Counted from the first letter of the whole stretch, positions 1 through 10,114 are shown. The stretch: DNA of 63,583 nt, filler included, from 9 parts of 9 records of this genome joined end to end with filler, not necessarily neighbours in it, one strand, 5' to 3'. A program made the numbers and translations. The notes: generated by a model from the sequence alone, not told the origin.

Positions 1-392
1 GTCTTTCTAATATAATAACTCTTTTAGCCATATTTACGCTTCCAAAAAGAGATGCATTTGTTATATTGATAATAAGAGTAACAATATCTACGCTTTTATT
101 TTCTACGCCGCTGTCTTTAGCTTACTCGCTTACAGCAGGTATAGTAAGCTTAGTTACTATGATGGTTCTGGTAAACTTACCTAACATAAATTTATCGATT
201 TTTGCTGTTAGTATAATCGGAGCAATAGCTCATAATATGACGCAACTACTAGTCGCATGTATCATTCTTTCGACACCAGGATTGGTTTCGCTTTTACCAT
301 GGCTGCTTATAATTGCTATACCTTGCGGCTTGTTGGTTGGAGCATGTGTTAATTTGGTTTTAAAAAGATTTGCTTATATAATAAAAAATTAG
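1..392 (+). CDS. Gx transporter family (heptaprenyl diphosphate synthase component I-like) membrane protein, 5' partial
   Basis: Hydrophobic ORF open from the window start; family-typical motifs IRV..S.LLF and SIIGAIAHNMTQL. Confidence 0.75.
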   Translation, partial: LSNIITLLAIFTLPKRDAFVILIIRVTISTLLFSTPLSLAYSLTAGIVSLVTMMVLVNLPNINLSIFAVSIIGAIAHNMTQLLVACIILSTPGLVSLLPWLLIIAIPCGLLVGACVNLVLKRFAYIIKN

Positions 393-452
393 GAATAAAT
401 AAAACTTTAATTATCAATAACTTTAAAATTGTAATGCATCTCTAAACAGAAA

Positions 453-925
453 CTAAAGAACCATATCTCTTGTTTTGATATTTATTTTGCCTGTTTCAAC
501 ACTGACTTTAACAGTTCTACTTACGTTTTTGCCTATTTCCACAAATTTTGGTTTTAAATTATGATGGGCTAGCAAAGATAAAACTTTTTCCGCATTCTTT
601 TTTCCAATTTGAAAAAAATCATCTTCTTTTCTGCTGCTAGCACCCCCGATTAGGCTGATCTCTAAAAGGCTTGTAAATGTACTAGTGTTATTGAAAAATT
701 CACTAGCTAAAACGGGCATAATGGTATCGGCAAAATACCCTACCTTATTATTATGTTTTGATATAATGTGATTGTCTTTAGTAGGCAAAACAATATGAGC
801 AAGAGCGGTTTTTTTGTAGTTGGACAATGGATAATAAGTGCAACACAAGAACCAAGTGCGTATGTTATAATGCTTTCATTTATATCATCAGATATTGCGT
901 ATTCGCCTATTCCAACTATTATCAA
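453..925 (-). CDS. cheD: Chemoreceptor glutamine deamidase CheD, split by a homopolymer frameshift at 809-815
   Basis: MIIVGIGEY..TYALGSCVAL (ORF 740-925) joins ALAHIVLP..YFAD..IGGA..FQIGKKN (ORF 453-848) if the A7 run were A8. Confidence 0.85.
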
Positions 926-987
926 AAAATCACCTGCTTTTTAATCATTTATTATATTATAACCTATCCAGTCAATGCTTTGTTTAT

Positions 988-2340
988 TTATTCTATTAGG
1001 CTTTTTATGAGGTTATTAGAATGATTTTTGATTTTTTCTTCATCTATTCCAACTAAACTTCCATCTTTAACAACCACTTTACCGTTTGCCATAACTATTT
1101 TGCAAGGTCTTGAGTAACCAACAGTTCCAAGTAAATTAGCTGGATCAAAATGAGTTCCACAAAGCTCCAATATATCTGTATCTATCATAAATAGATCAGC
1201 GGCTTTTCCAACCTCAAGTGATCCAATATCATCTCTGCCCAAAACTCGCGCGCTACCCTTTGTAGCCATTTTTAAGATATCATATCCTGAAGGTGCGCTT
1301 GCTTTATAAGTTAGTCTGTTTACCAAATAGGATGCTCTAATCTCTGCTAATAGATTAGAACAATCGTTGCTTGCACTGCCATCTACAGCAAGACCTATAG
1401 GGATATTTCTTGAAAGTATATCAGGCACTCTACATACACCAGAGGCAAGCTTCATGTTAGAAACAGGGCAATGAGCAATTCCTGTTTTGGTTTTAGCAAG
1501 AACTTCTAGTTCCTTATCGTTAAAGTATATTCCATGAGCATACCAAACATCATCTCCAACCCAACCGCACTCCTGCATATATTCTAGTGGTCGCATGTTA
1601 AGTGTATCCATACAATAGTTTTCTTCATCAATCGTTTCGCAAAGATGAGTATGGAGTCTTACTCCTAAGCTTCTTGCAAGCTGCGCGCTTTCTTTTAAAA
1701 GCTCTGTTGTTACACTAAAAGGTGAACAAGGAGCAAGAGCAACATTTCGCATTGAAAACTTAGATGTATCATGATACTTTTTAACAAGACGCTCGCTATC
1801 TTTTAAAATATGATCAACACTTTGAACTAAATCATCAGGAGGTAATCCACCTTCGCTTTTTCCTCTAGACATACTGCCGCGCGTTGCGTGAAACCTAATG
1901 CCAATTTTATCAGCGGCATCAAATTGTTTGTCAATAAACTCGTCCGAATTTTGCTTTGGAAAAACATAATGGTGATCCATACACGTGGTACAGCCATACT
2001 TTGCAAGCTCGCCTAAACCAACTAGTGTGCTGTGATATATACAGTCTTTATTCAGCCCGCGCCAAATCTCATAAAGAGTAGTAAGCCAATCAAAAAGCTC
2101 CATGTTTTGAACACTGGGCAGGTTTCTTGTAAATGTTTGGTATAGGTGATGATGTGTGTTTATAAGCCCAGGATAAACAAAACAACCTTTAGCGTCAATA
2201 GTAGTATCACAAACTTTATTATCCTTGCCTATATATTCGATTACATTATCGTTAATCAAAATATTAGAATCATAAAGCACACTGTCATTTTCATCAACAG
2301 TAACAATTGCCTTTGCATTTTTAATCAATATTTTAGTCAT
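988..2340 (-). CDS. Amidohydrolase, 8-oxoguanine deaminase-like
   Basis: NTHHHLYQT metal motif, APCSPFSV, HTHLCET, WYAHG, HCPVSNM, VDGSASND. Confidence 0.85.
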   Translation of the reverse strand: MTKILIKNAKAIVTVDENDSVLYDSNILINDNVIEYIGKDNKVCDTTIDAKGCFVYPGLINTHHHLYQTFTRNLPSVQNMELFDWLTTLYEIWRGLNKDCIYHSTLVGLGELAKYGCTTCMDHHYVFPKQNSDEFIDKQFDAADKIGIRFHATRGSMSRGKSEGGLPPDDLVQSVDHILKDSERLVKKYHDTSKFSMRNVALAPCSPFSVTTELLKESAQLARSLGVRLHTHLCETIDEENYCMDTLNMRPLEYMQECGWVGDDVWYAHGIYFNDKELEVLAKTKTGIAHCPVSNMKLASGVCRVPDILSRNIPIGLAVDGSASNDCSNLLAEIRASYLVNRLTYKASAPSGYDILKMATKGSARVLGRDDIGSLEVGKAADLFMIDTDILELCGTHFDPANLLGTVGYSRPCKIVMANGKVVVKDGSLVGIDEEKIKNHSNNLIKSLIE

Positions 2341-2472
2341 AATTTATGATCACCTATTTTTCCATAATAAGAATTTGTTCTTAACATTATATTACAATCT
2401 TTCAGCAATATCAAAGATTGGTTTTTTTATCTAATAATATATAATACTATTACTATAAATTAAAGAAAGAAT

Positions 2473-3552
2473 ATGGTTATGAAAAGAAATATATTGATAT
2501 TGTTAATTGCACTTGTTTTAATAGTTTCGGCAATTGCGTGTACACAAAGTTTTGAAACAATAACAAAAAGAGATTTTGCGCTGGATACTCTTTGTGAGAT
2601 AAAGATATATAGTGAAGAACAAGTAGAGCAAGATGAGGATGTAAATCAGATTTTAGATGAAAGTATTTCTCTTATAAAAGAGTTGGAATCTATTATGAGT
2701 GCGCATGAAGAAAATAGTGACATTTATCTTTTGAATAAAAATGCAGGAAAGCAAGAAGTGACGATAGATGAAAGAACATATGAAGTTTTAAAACAAAGCA
2801 TAGCATATAGTGAACTAACAGAGGGCTTTTTTGATATTACATCAGGTCCTTTAATTGAGCTTTGGAACATTGATCCGCCAAATGGATATGTTCCTACTGA
2901 AGAAGAAAAAAGCCAAGCTATATCAAAGATAGACTATACTAAGTTGGATCTTTTAGAAAATAATAAAGCGTATCTTGTAGACGAAGATATGGGAGTTGAC
3001 TTAGGAGCAATTGCAAAGGGTTATATAGCTAATAGCGTTAAAGAAAAATTGGTTGCAGATGGAGTTACAAGCTGTGTTATAAATTTAGGAGGAAACACTC
3101 TTCTTATTGGGGGCAAACCAGATGGAAGTGATTTTAATATAGGTATACAAGACCCAAATGATGATAGAAACGAATACTTGCTAAGTGTTGCAATATCGGA
3201 CAAAGCTATTGTTACTTCTGGAGATTATGAGAGATATTTTGAACAGGACGGTATAAGGTATCATCATATTTTAAATCCTAAAACAGGAATGCCAGCTTCT
3301 ACAAACATTAACCAAGTAACAATAATAGCGGAAAACTCTCTTGTTGCAGATTCGCTTTCTACATGTGTTTTATTGCTTGGGGTAGAAAAAGGTTTGGATA
3401 TTATTGAAAGTCAAGGTGTTGGGGCTGTTATTATAACCAATGATAAAAAAATATATATAACACAGAATATCCAAAAAAGTTGCACGTTGCAACAAAAAAC
3501 TGCAAGCGAAAAAGGATATACTGTAACAACAAACATACAGGATTTGTTTTGA
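2473..3552 (+). CDS. apbE: FAD:protein FMN transferase lipoprotein
   Basis: Lipobox SAIAC; FDITSGPL, DLGAIAKGY, NLGGN, TSGDYERY, YHHILNPKTG, ADSLST. Confidence 0.95.
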   Translation: MVMKRNILILLIALVLIVSAIACTQSFETITKRDFALDTLCEIKIYSEEQVEQDEDVNQILDESISLIKELESIMSAHEENSDIYLLNKNAGKQEVTIDERTYEVLKQSIAYSELTEGFFDITSGPLIELWNIDPPNGYVPTEEEKSQAISKIDYTKLDLLENNKAYLVDEDMGVDLGAIAKGYIANSVKEKLVADGVTSCVINLGGNTLLIGGKPDGSDFNIGIQDPNDDRNEYLLSVAISDKAIVTSGDYERYFEQDGIRYHHILNPKTGMPASTNINQVTIIAENSLVADSLSTCVLLLGVEKGLDIIESQGVGAVIITNDKKIYITQNIQKSCTLQQKTASEKGYTVTTNIQDLF

Positions 3553-3676
3553 TATTAAAGTTTGTGTGTGTTTTGGCTTAATAAAAGTTAGACATTTTGT
3601 TGTATATTTTAAAAAAGTAAAAACATATATTCCCAATGAACGAAAAATGTAGTACAATTATACTGGGGGAATTGAT

Positions 3677-6574
3677 ATGCTCTATGAGGCCATTAAAAAC
3701 TTACACTTTGCGGATAACATTGAGGCTTTAATCGAAAAGATTGAAAACGTTGTTAATGAGAATACAATATGCGGTATTGTAAGGATTCCAACATACGAAG
3801 TTCTTTTTGCAAGCCCAAAATTAAAGTCTATGATGGGTGAATATGAGGGCTTAAAATGTTATGAATATATATATAAAAAAGATAAGCAGTGTGAAGATTG
3901 TCATGATTTAAAAAAAACACATTTAAGTTCTAAACCTTTACTGATACAAGTGGAGAACGGCTTGTTAGATAAGAATTTTTATACGCTAGAAAAAGTAGTA
4001 AGATTAAGTGATAATCAAACTGTTAAAGTCAATTTTTTTTACGAAATTTCAAAGCAAAATTATTCAAACGAAAATGGCTATGTAAATATTGATACAACAA
4101 AAAATACGCATGATTTGCAAATAGAAAATGTGTTAAAAGATATAGCTAAATTTTATGATGCAGATAGTGCGTATATTTATGAATTTTCTGATATTAATAA
4201 TCGAATTAAAAAGACTTTCAGTTATAAAAAATATTATATAGATACAAATGATTTAGATATTGAATATTTGCCTATTAAAAAATTAGGCAGATTTAGAGAT
4301 ATGCTGCTTAAAAAAGGGATCATTAGCTTTAACAATTTTGATCAGCTTTTTGAAAAAGAAAAAACCAATAATAGAAAATTGTTAAGTGAAGACAAAGCCT
4401 CGCACATGTTTATCTCTATTGTTGTTGATAAAAGCTTTAAAGGATTTGTTGGAATTTCTAATATAAAAAGAAATAATAGATCATATAAGAGATATGATTT
4501 GCAAAAATTAGTTTTTGGATTGCAAGATTATTATTCATATTCTACGGCAACAGATAACTTAAGACAAGAAAAGCAAGATCTAAAAAATATTCTTTCAGAT
4601 TTAAGAATAAGGATGTATAGATTTTATGTAAAAGATTACACTGTAGAAACTATGCACAGTAAAGACGAAAAACGAGTTTATTCGTATGATGAAATAGTAA
4701 GAAAATATTTGGGTGGAAAACAACTAAAGATTATAGATTCGCTTAAAGATAGTAGTCAAGATCATTTTTATGATTATGTGCAGCTTAAATTTGAGGGGGA
4801 AGATTTTAGATGGCACAGGATTGATGCGAATATTGAATATAGAGATTATAATAATAACCCTCTAACCATTTTGGTTTCGGTTATGGATGTTCATGAAGAA
4901 AGAACACAGGCCATAAAAAGTGAAAACCATCTTCGAAGAGTATATGCTATATCAGAATCGGTCGCTGAATTTGTTGTAGAGATGAATACAGAGGGCGATA
5001 TCATTTATATGAATGATAAAGGGATGCGCATACTTGATAAAAATGGTTTTGTCAAACCTAATGTTTTAGAGTATATACATATAAACGATCGCAAAAAAAT
5101 TCTAAAAGATATTGATAATGCAAAAAACAACTATAAAGAAGAAAATCTCTTTATGTGTCAATTTAGGCTAAACACACATAAGATAGGCTATAGGGACTAT
5201 AAGTTCAATTTCTTCTTAGAAAAAAACTCTGAGGATTTTTCTATTCTTGGAGTAGGATATGATATTACAAACGAAGGCGAAACAGATAGAAAGATTGAAA
5301 AAGAATTATATTATGATCAAAAAACCAATCTTTTTACTGCAAACTATTTAAACAAGTATTTTAGTGATTTGGATAAAGATAAAAAATATTGCGTTATTTT
5401 TACAAAAATTGATGACCTAAGAAAAATCAACAATTCCTTTGGTATAAATGTTGGGGATGATATGATAGCAAAAATCTCTGCATTTTTAACAGAATTGTTT
5501 GTTGACGGTGGAGAGATATTTAGATATTGGGGAAGTAAGTTTTTAATTATCAACCCTATCGAGCATCATTATGATATAGAAGCTTTAAATAGAAACTTAA
5601 ATAAAAAGGTTGAAATATTCAACAGTCATGTATTTACATCCTTTGATCATCAGATAACAACAGTAATGAGGATGGGATATTCAATTTATCCTACGCACTC
5701 AGATGACTTTTTTAGCCTAATAAGATCATCAAAATTTGCGTATTCAGAAGGTAGAAGTAGGTTAAAAGGATATGTGTTTAGATATGATAATGATACTTAT
5801 AAAAGACAAAGAGCGTTTATTGACATTGTAGAGAATGTTGAAAATGCTGATTTGGACATTGAGTTTGTTCCCTATGCTCAAAGAGTTGTGGATTTAGAGA
5901 ATTTAAAATCTCACCATTATGAAGTTCTTATGCGTTGGAACCATCCAAAAAAAGGTTTGTTGAATCCTGGTTACTTTATAAAAACGTTGGAGATAAGTGG
6001 TCTTATAACAAGAGTTTCGTTGGTGTTGTTTAAAAATACTGTAGATATGTTTTCTGATCTTTATACAAAAAGCAAAGAGCCCATTTCGTTTTCTTTCAAT
6101 ATTTCTGCTAGAGATATTGGGGACAAAGCTTATGTGGACAACCTAATTTCTATAGTTGATAGATCTGTATTAAGCTCCGAGATGATTACATTTGAAGTTA
6201 CAGAATCAAGCACGGTAAACTCTAATGCAGAGGTAGAAGAAAACATTGAAAACCTGCGTTTAAGAGGCTTTAGCATAGCGATTGATGATTTTGGGATAGA
6301 ACATTCATCTTTATCTAAAATAGCAAAACTTGAATGTGATGTAATAAAGATAGATAAATCATTTATTGATGATATGGGGAATAAAATTAATCTTTTGATA
6401 TTAGAGATGATAATGAAGATATGTAAAGAAAAAGGATATAAATGCATTGCTGAGGGAGTCGAAACAGAAAATCAGCTTAGATATTTAAAAAAATTAGGCA
6501 TAAAAAACATACAAGGTTTTTTGTTTTCGAAACCGATTCCCTTAAATGAAATCGACTATAATAAGAATGATTAA
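3677..6574 (+). CDS. Sensor (PAS/GAF-like) - degenerate GGDEF - EAL protein, probable c-di-GMP phosphodiesterase
   Basis: YDQKTNL, INNSFG..GD; YWGSKF replaces GGDEF; EVLMRW, FEVTES, IDDFG, KIDKSF, AEGVET, QGFLFSKP. Confidence 0.85.
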   Translation: MLYEAIKNLHFADNIEALIEKIENVVNENTICGIVRIPTYEVLFASPKLKSMMGEYEGLKCYEYIYKKDKQCEDCHDLKKTHLSSKPLLIQVENGLLDKNFYTLEKVVRLSDNQTVKVNFFYEISKQNYSNENGYVNIDTTKNTHDLQIENVLKDIAKFYDADSAYIYEFSDINNRIKKTFSYKKYYIDTNDLDIEYLPIKKLGRFRDMLLKKGIISFNNFDQLFEKEKTNNRKLLSEDKASHMFISIVVDKSFKGFVGISNIKRNNRSYKRYDLQKLVFGLQDYYSYSTATDNLRQEKQDLKNILSDLRIRMYRFYVKDYTVETMHSKDEKRVYSYDEIVRKYLGGKQLKIIDSLKDSSQDHFYDYVQLKFEGEDFRWHRIDANIEYRDYNNNPLTILVSVMDVHEERTQAIKSENHLRRVYAISESVAEFVVEMNTEGDIIYMNDKGMRILDKNGFVKPNVLEYIHINDRKKILKDIDNAKNNYKEENLFMCQFRLNTHKIGYRDYKFNFFLEKNSEDFSILGVGYDITNEGETDRKIEKELYYDQKTNLFTANYLNKYFSDLDKDKKYCVIFTKIDDLRKINNSFGINVGDDMIAKISAFLTELFVDGGEIFRYWGSKFLIINPIEHHYDIEALNRNLNKKVEIFNSHVFTSFDHQITTVMRMGYSIYPTHSDDFFSLIRSSKFAYSEGRSRLKGYVFRYDNDTYKRQRAFIDIVENVENADLDIEFVPYAQRVVDLENLKSHHYEVLMRWNHPKKGLLNPGYFIKTLEISGLITRVSLVLFKNTVDMFSDLYTKSKEPISFSFNISARDIGDKAYVDNLISIVDRSVLSSEMITFEVTESSTVNSNAEVEENIENLRLRGFSIAIDDFGIEHSSLSKIAKLECDVIKIDKSFIDDMGNKINLLILEMIMKICKEKGYKCIAEGVETENQLRYLKKLGIKNIQGFLFSKPIPLNEIDYNKND

Positions 6575-6619
6575 TATGAAAAACAGAGCTGTGCTGATGT
6601 GCTGTTATCCGAGGGTTAT

Positions 6620-6648
6620 TTGACATAATAACAAATTCATGATACCAT
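6620..6648 (+). promoter_or_regulatory. SigmaA promoter upstream of the ABC binding-protein leader
   Basis: TTGACA (6620-6625), 17-nt spacer, TGn-extended TACCAT (6643-6648). Confidence 0.75.
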
Positions 6649-6654
6649 TGGTTT

Positions 6655-6900
6655 GGTGAAATAATTATTGTGAGTAGCTGGAATGTGAGCTTTGCAACGT
6701 AGTTTCGGTGCAAACGTAAACTTCTGAAAAAATGGGAAAACAATGATGAAAAATCAAAAGTTAGGACTGAGGTTTGTCTAGGGTCGAAAGAATATCGGCA
6801 ATGGACTATACTATACTTAATTGTATGGTGTATAACGAATCTATAATAGGTGAAGTTAAGGCACTCTAATTCTATGAAAATAGAATTAGAGTGCTTTTTT
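6655..6900 (+). ncRNA. Candidate structured 5' leader (riboswitch/attenuator), family not recognised
   Basis: ~245 nt non-coding between promoter and terminator, several hairpins, ends 30 nt before the ATG. Confidence 0.5.
6861..6900 (+). terminator. Intrinsic terminator in the leader
   Basis: Perfect 15-bp stem GCACTCTAATTCTAT / ATAGAATTAGAGTGC with GAAA loop, followed by T6. Confidence 0.9.
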
Positions 6901-6929
6901 ATTTTGAAAAAAATTTTGGAGGTAGAAAA

Positions 6930-7604
6930 ATGAACATGATTAAAAAAGGATTAGTATTAGCTGTTGTTTTAGTACTAATGATGACATGCTTTGTTGCATG
7001 TGGTGCAAAAAATGAGGAAAAAGACCCGATTATAATTGGTGAAGGCGATTGGGATAGTAATGCTTTTCATGACCAAGTAGCTAAATTTATTATTGAAGAG
7101 GGATATGGTGTAGAAACTGATATTGTTCTTGCAGATACAGCTGTTTTACTTGCTGGATTTAAAGCAAACGATATCGATTTGAGCTTCGAGCTTTGGTCTG
7201 ATAATATTCCAACATACGAAGAGGACATCGAAGCGGGTGTTTATGAAGAGCTATCAGTAAACTTTGATGATAATATGCAAGGTCTTTATGTTCCTACATA
7301 TTTGGTAGAAGGTCCAGATGCACTTGCACCTGATCTTAAAAGAGTTGAAGATTTGATAAACTACAAAGAGTTGTTCCCAAATCCTGAAGATAAAGAGATG
7401 GGTATCATATACGGTGGACCTGAAGGTTGGATGGCTACTGCGTTTTTATACCAAAAGATTGAAAAATATGGTCTAAGTGAAGTATATGAATTTAAAACAA
7501 TAGACTCAAGTGCAACATTATCTGCAACACTTGCATCAGCGTACGAAAAAGGAGAACCTTGGGTAGGGTATAACTGGGAACCAACTTGGATAATGGGTAT
7601 GTAT
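6930..7604 (+). CDS. Glycine betaine/proline ABC transporter substrate-binding lipoprotein (ProX/OpuAC-like), 3' partial
   Basis: GGAGG RBS, lipobox FVAC, DWDS, ELW, QGLYVPTY, GPEGW, YNWEPTW. Confidence 0.85.
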
Positions 7605-7704
7605 NNNNNNNNNNNNNNNNNNNNNNNNNNNNNNNNNNNNNNNNNNNNTTAATTAATTAANNNNNNNNNNNNNNNNNNNNNNNNNNNNNNNNNNNNNNNN
7701 NNNN
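7605..7704. other. Artificial contig spacer N44-TTAATTAATTAA-N44 (also at 14713, 20699, 28408, 35086, 40562, 49999, 55405)
   Basis: Identical 100-nt spacer with six-frame stops occurs eight times; genes are truncated and GC shifts at the junctions. Confidence 0.98.
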
Positions 7705-7714
7705 TGGTGAAATT

Positions 7715-7736
7715 TCCCACACTCTTCCGGTCAGTT
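7715..7736 (-). repeat. 22-bp dispersed repeat, copy 1 (AACTGACCGGAAGAGTGTGGGA)
   Basis: Exact reverse complement of the copy at 14689-14710. Confidence 0.9.
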
Positions 7737-7741
7737 ATAAT

Positions 7742-9175
7742 TTATTTCATTGTTAGATGCACACCGGCCGTTTTAAACGTCCTGGGCAAAGCCAGAATAT
7801 TCGGATCAGCACCTGTATATTTTTGTGCATCCACCAGCGCGTCAGCAAACGTCGATCTGGTTTTCATTCCCATCCCCCTGGCAAATCCGGGTTCCCGGGC
7901 ACCGACGATATAGATAGCACTGCAGTGCATCTCCGCGATATGTCCGCATGCAATCATGCTGAAGGCATGAAATGGATGGTAACCATACCCGAAACGATAG
8001 GCATCTATCCATTCCTGTTTTCTTGCAAACTGTTCACCATAGCGGTTGATATCAGGCAATATGTTATGATAGTCGCGCTGGAATAAATCGTATGTCGGTC
8101 GATAGGAAGGGAACTCATCATCATGAAAATAACCGTTACAGATTGATGAACAAATAACCACACAGCCCTCATGTAATATCCGTTTATGTCGAATAATATT
8201 GGCGCTGATAGCCTGCAGCATCAGAATCGGATTGGTTCCATGACCGTTGCCGTAGTGAAATTCCTGCGGCATTCCGAACATCATGATATCGTACTTTTTT
8301 TCGGCCCAGGGAACATAGGTTCGTGTATCGGCAACCGTAAAACTTGCCGGCTGCATCACTTTTCCATAACCGGAAAAGACGGCAATCTGACGCATCTTGG
8401 TATCTAGAACTGCATCACAGATAAAGAATGGGTGTCCCATTTTTTTCTCCATGTACATGGAGATAGAATCGAATTTTCGTCGCATTGTACTGTGGTGACT
8501 GACTGGAGTAAAATCCTGCTTGTGCATGACATCAGGAACATGATGGGAAGCAATACTGCTCCAGTGAGTTATCCCTGTTGCCGAATGCTTGTATCCGCCG
8601 GAATACCCGCCATAAGGGTTCCCCAGAGTATGACCGATTAGAATTGGTAAATCAGCTTCGAAAACTTCTCTATTCATGATTACTTTATTGCCATCGTCAT
8701 CATATCCGAGATCAACCAGATTATCCCAATCCTCGGAATCATGGTTTACAATCTGATGAGAATCCCAGAAATCGTTGAAAACTGTATCCCCAAGGATTTT
8801 TCTGATCTCATCTTTGGTATTCTTGCGATGCAGCCCGTTAGAACAGACCAGCTTAATGTCAGCTTTGTTTACTCCGGCATGCAAACACTCTTCAATAATA
8901 ATTGGTATCGATATTTTCCTATGCGAAGTTGCCTGAAATCCGCCTTTCACTTTATCCGGGAAAATTATAACCACTTTCGAACCAGCCTTCACCAGTTCAC
9001 TAATCGGCTGCATTCCCATAGGATTCCGGATTGATCTTTTCGTTTCCGATTCCAGCTGTCCATCAGGGATAAATGGTGGATCGGGAACTGTTTCACCTGG
9101 AACGAATATATCAGCAGAGTCAGGAAGTTCTACCGTTAATGTGCCCTGTCCATATTCAAACTCAATCTGTTTCAT
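7742..9175 (-). CDS. LarA-family (nickel-pincer nucleotide) racemase/epimerase homolog
   Basis: NPMG, NGLHRK, NHDSED, GYSGGYK and the downstream His match LarA/DUF2088 architecture. Confidence 0.8.
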   Translation of the reverse strand: MKQIEFEYGQGTLTVELPDSADIFVPGETVPDPPFIPDGQLESETKRSIRNPMGMQPISELVKAGSKVVIIFPDKVKGGFQATSHRKISIPIIIEECLHAGVNKADIKLVCSNGLHRKNTKDEIRKILGDTVFNDFWDSHQIVNHDSEDWDNLVDLGYDDDGNKVIMNREVFEADLPILIGHTLGNPYGGYSGGYKHSATGITHWSSIASHHVPDVMHKQDFTPVSHHSTMRRKFDSISMYMEKKMGHPFFICDAVLDTKMRQIAVFSGYGKVMQPASFTVADTRTYVPWAEKKYDIMMFGMPQEFHYGNGHGTNPILMLQAISANIIRHKRILHEGCVVICSSICNGYFHDDEFPSYRPTYDLFQRDYHNILPDINRYGEQFARKQEWIDAYRFGYGYHPFHAFSMIACGHIAEMHCSAIYIVGAREPGFARGMGMKTRSTFADALVDAQKYTGADPNILALPRTFKTAGVHLTMK

Positions 9176-9187
9176 TCATAATCTCCT

Positions 9188-10114
9188 TTATTGTATATAC
9201 TTATCTACAATTTTCACCAAGTCATCCGCATAAAAACCTATCTGGCCGGTAAATCGGGTTAATGCGATCAATCCTCCATCTATGGTTGAAACACCCGCAA
9301 TCATCGCAGCGTTTTCCTCTTTCAGGCCCCCACCATATACAACCGGGTACTCCTTGCTAAACTCCTTCCTGCATATGTCTTTGATTAAAGTTGATACATA
9401 GCCGATATAGATATCATCCGGTGGAGTTTTACCAGGGCCGATCGCCCATCTCGGTTCATATCCGATTACCAGTTCCCGATTCAGGTAATCCGTAACTCCT
9501 TCCAGTCCGTCAGTAATTTGTGATGTGAGAACTTCTTCAATTCTTTCTCTTTGCTCTTGAACAGAACCTTTACCTCGCTCTTCTGCAGTCTCCCCGACAC
9601 AGAAAACAATATTCATACCAGCTCTCATGCCGGCATTAACCGATCCGTTCAATGCTTTACTCACTGTTTTACGTATTTCATTATCCAGGGGGATATTTTG
9701 ATTGATTTGATGTGTAAATTCACCAAGGAAATCCTCTTTATCCTTCCGTTCTTCGGAATGTCCTACCAAAGCCCATGCTGCCCCGAGATTAATTGCTGCT
9801 TTCGGGGGTAAATTTGATGTAAATGCACCGAAGTTTCCTCCTGGTTCAATATCCCCCCGATATACTCCTTGAGAGCCAATTGCGATATTGCTTGCTTTTT
9901 GCCCGTTCAAGTTCTGCAGCATATCCGCAGCCGGTTTAATAAGTCCTTCAGGCAGAAAATAGACAACTCGCACATTCTCCTGAAAACCAATTCCTGATTT
10001 ATACGTTCCCTCAATAATCTCCTCAATCCAGGCAGTCGGATCATCTATTGTACAAATACCGCCAAATTTACCGGGTACATCAAATCGTTTCAAATTGATT
10101 AATATCTCTATCAT
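9188..10114 (-). CDS. Divergent triose-phosphate isomerase family protein
   Basis: NLK, GAFTS, GHSEER, CVGET, YEPRWAIGPGK, YGGGLK; RBS GGAGG before the ATG at 10114. Confidence 0.85.
   Translation of the reverse strand: MIEILINLKRFDVPGKFGGICTIDDPTAWIEEIIEGTYKSGIGFQENVRVVYFLPEGLIKPAADMLQNLNGQKASNIAIGSQGVYRGDIEPGGNFGAFTSNLPPKAAINLGAAWALVGHSEERKDKEDFLGEFTHQINQNIPLDNEIRKTVSKALNGSVNAGMRAGMNIVFCVGETAEERGKGSVQEQRERIEEVLTSQITDGLEGVTDYLNRELVIGYEPRWAIGPGKTPPDDIYIGYVSTLIKDICRKEFSKEYPVVYGGGLKEENAAMIAGVSTIDGGLIALTRFTGQIGFYADDLVKIVDKYIQ

Noticed and set aside
6655-6900. Calling the leader a c-di-AMP, SAM-I, cobalamin or T-box riboswitch
   Set aside because: Only isolated fragments match; the ordered consensus elements (e.g. 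T-box GGTGGNACC, B12 box, ydaO GCTGAATCC) are missing
7605-7704. TTAATTAATTAA palindrome as a biological site
   Set aside because: It is an artificial six-frame-stop linker embedded in Ns
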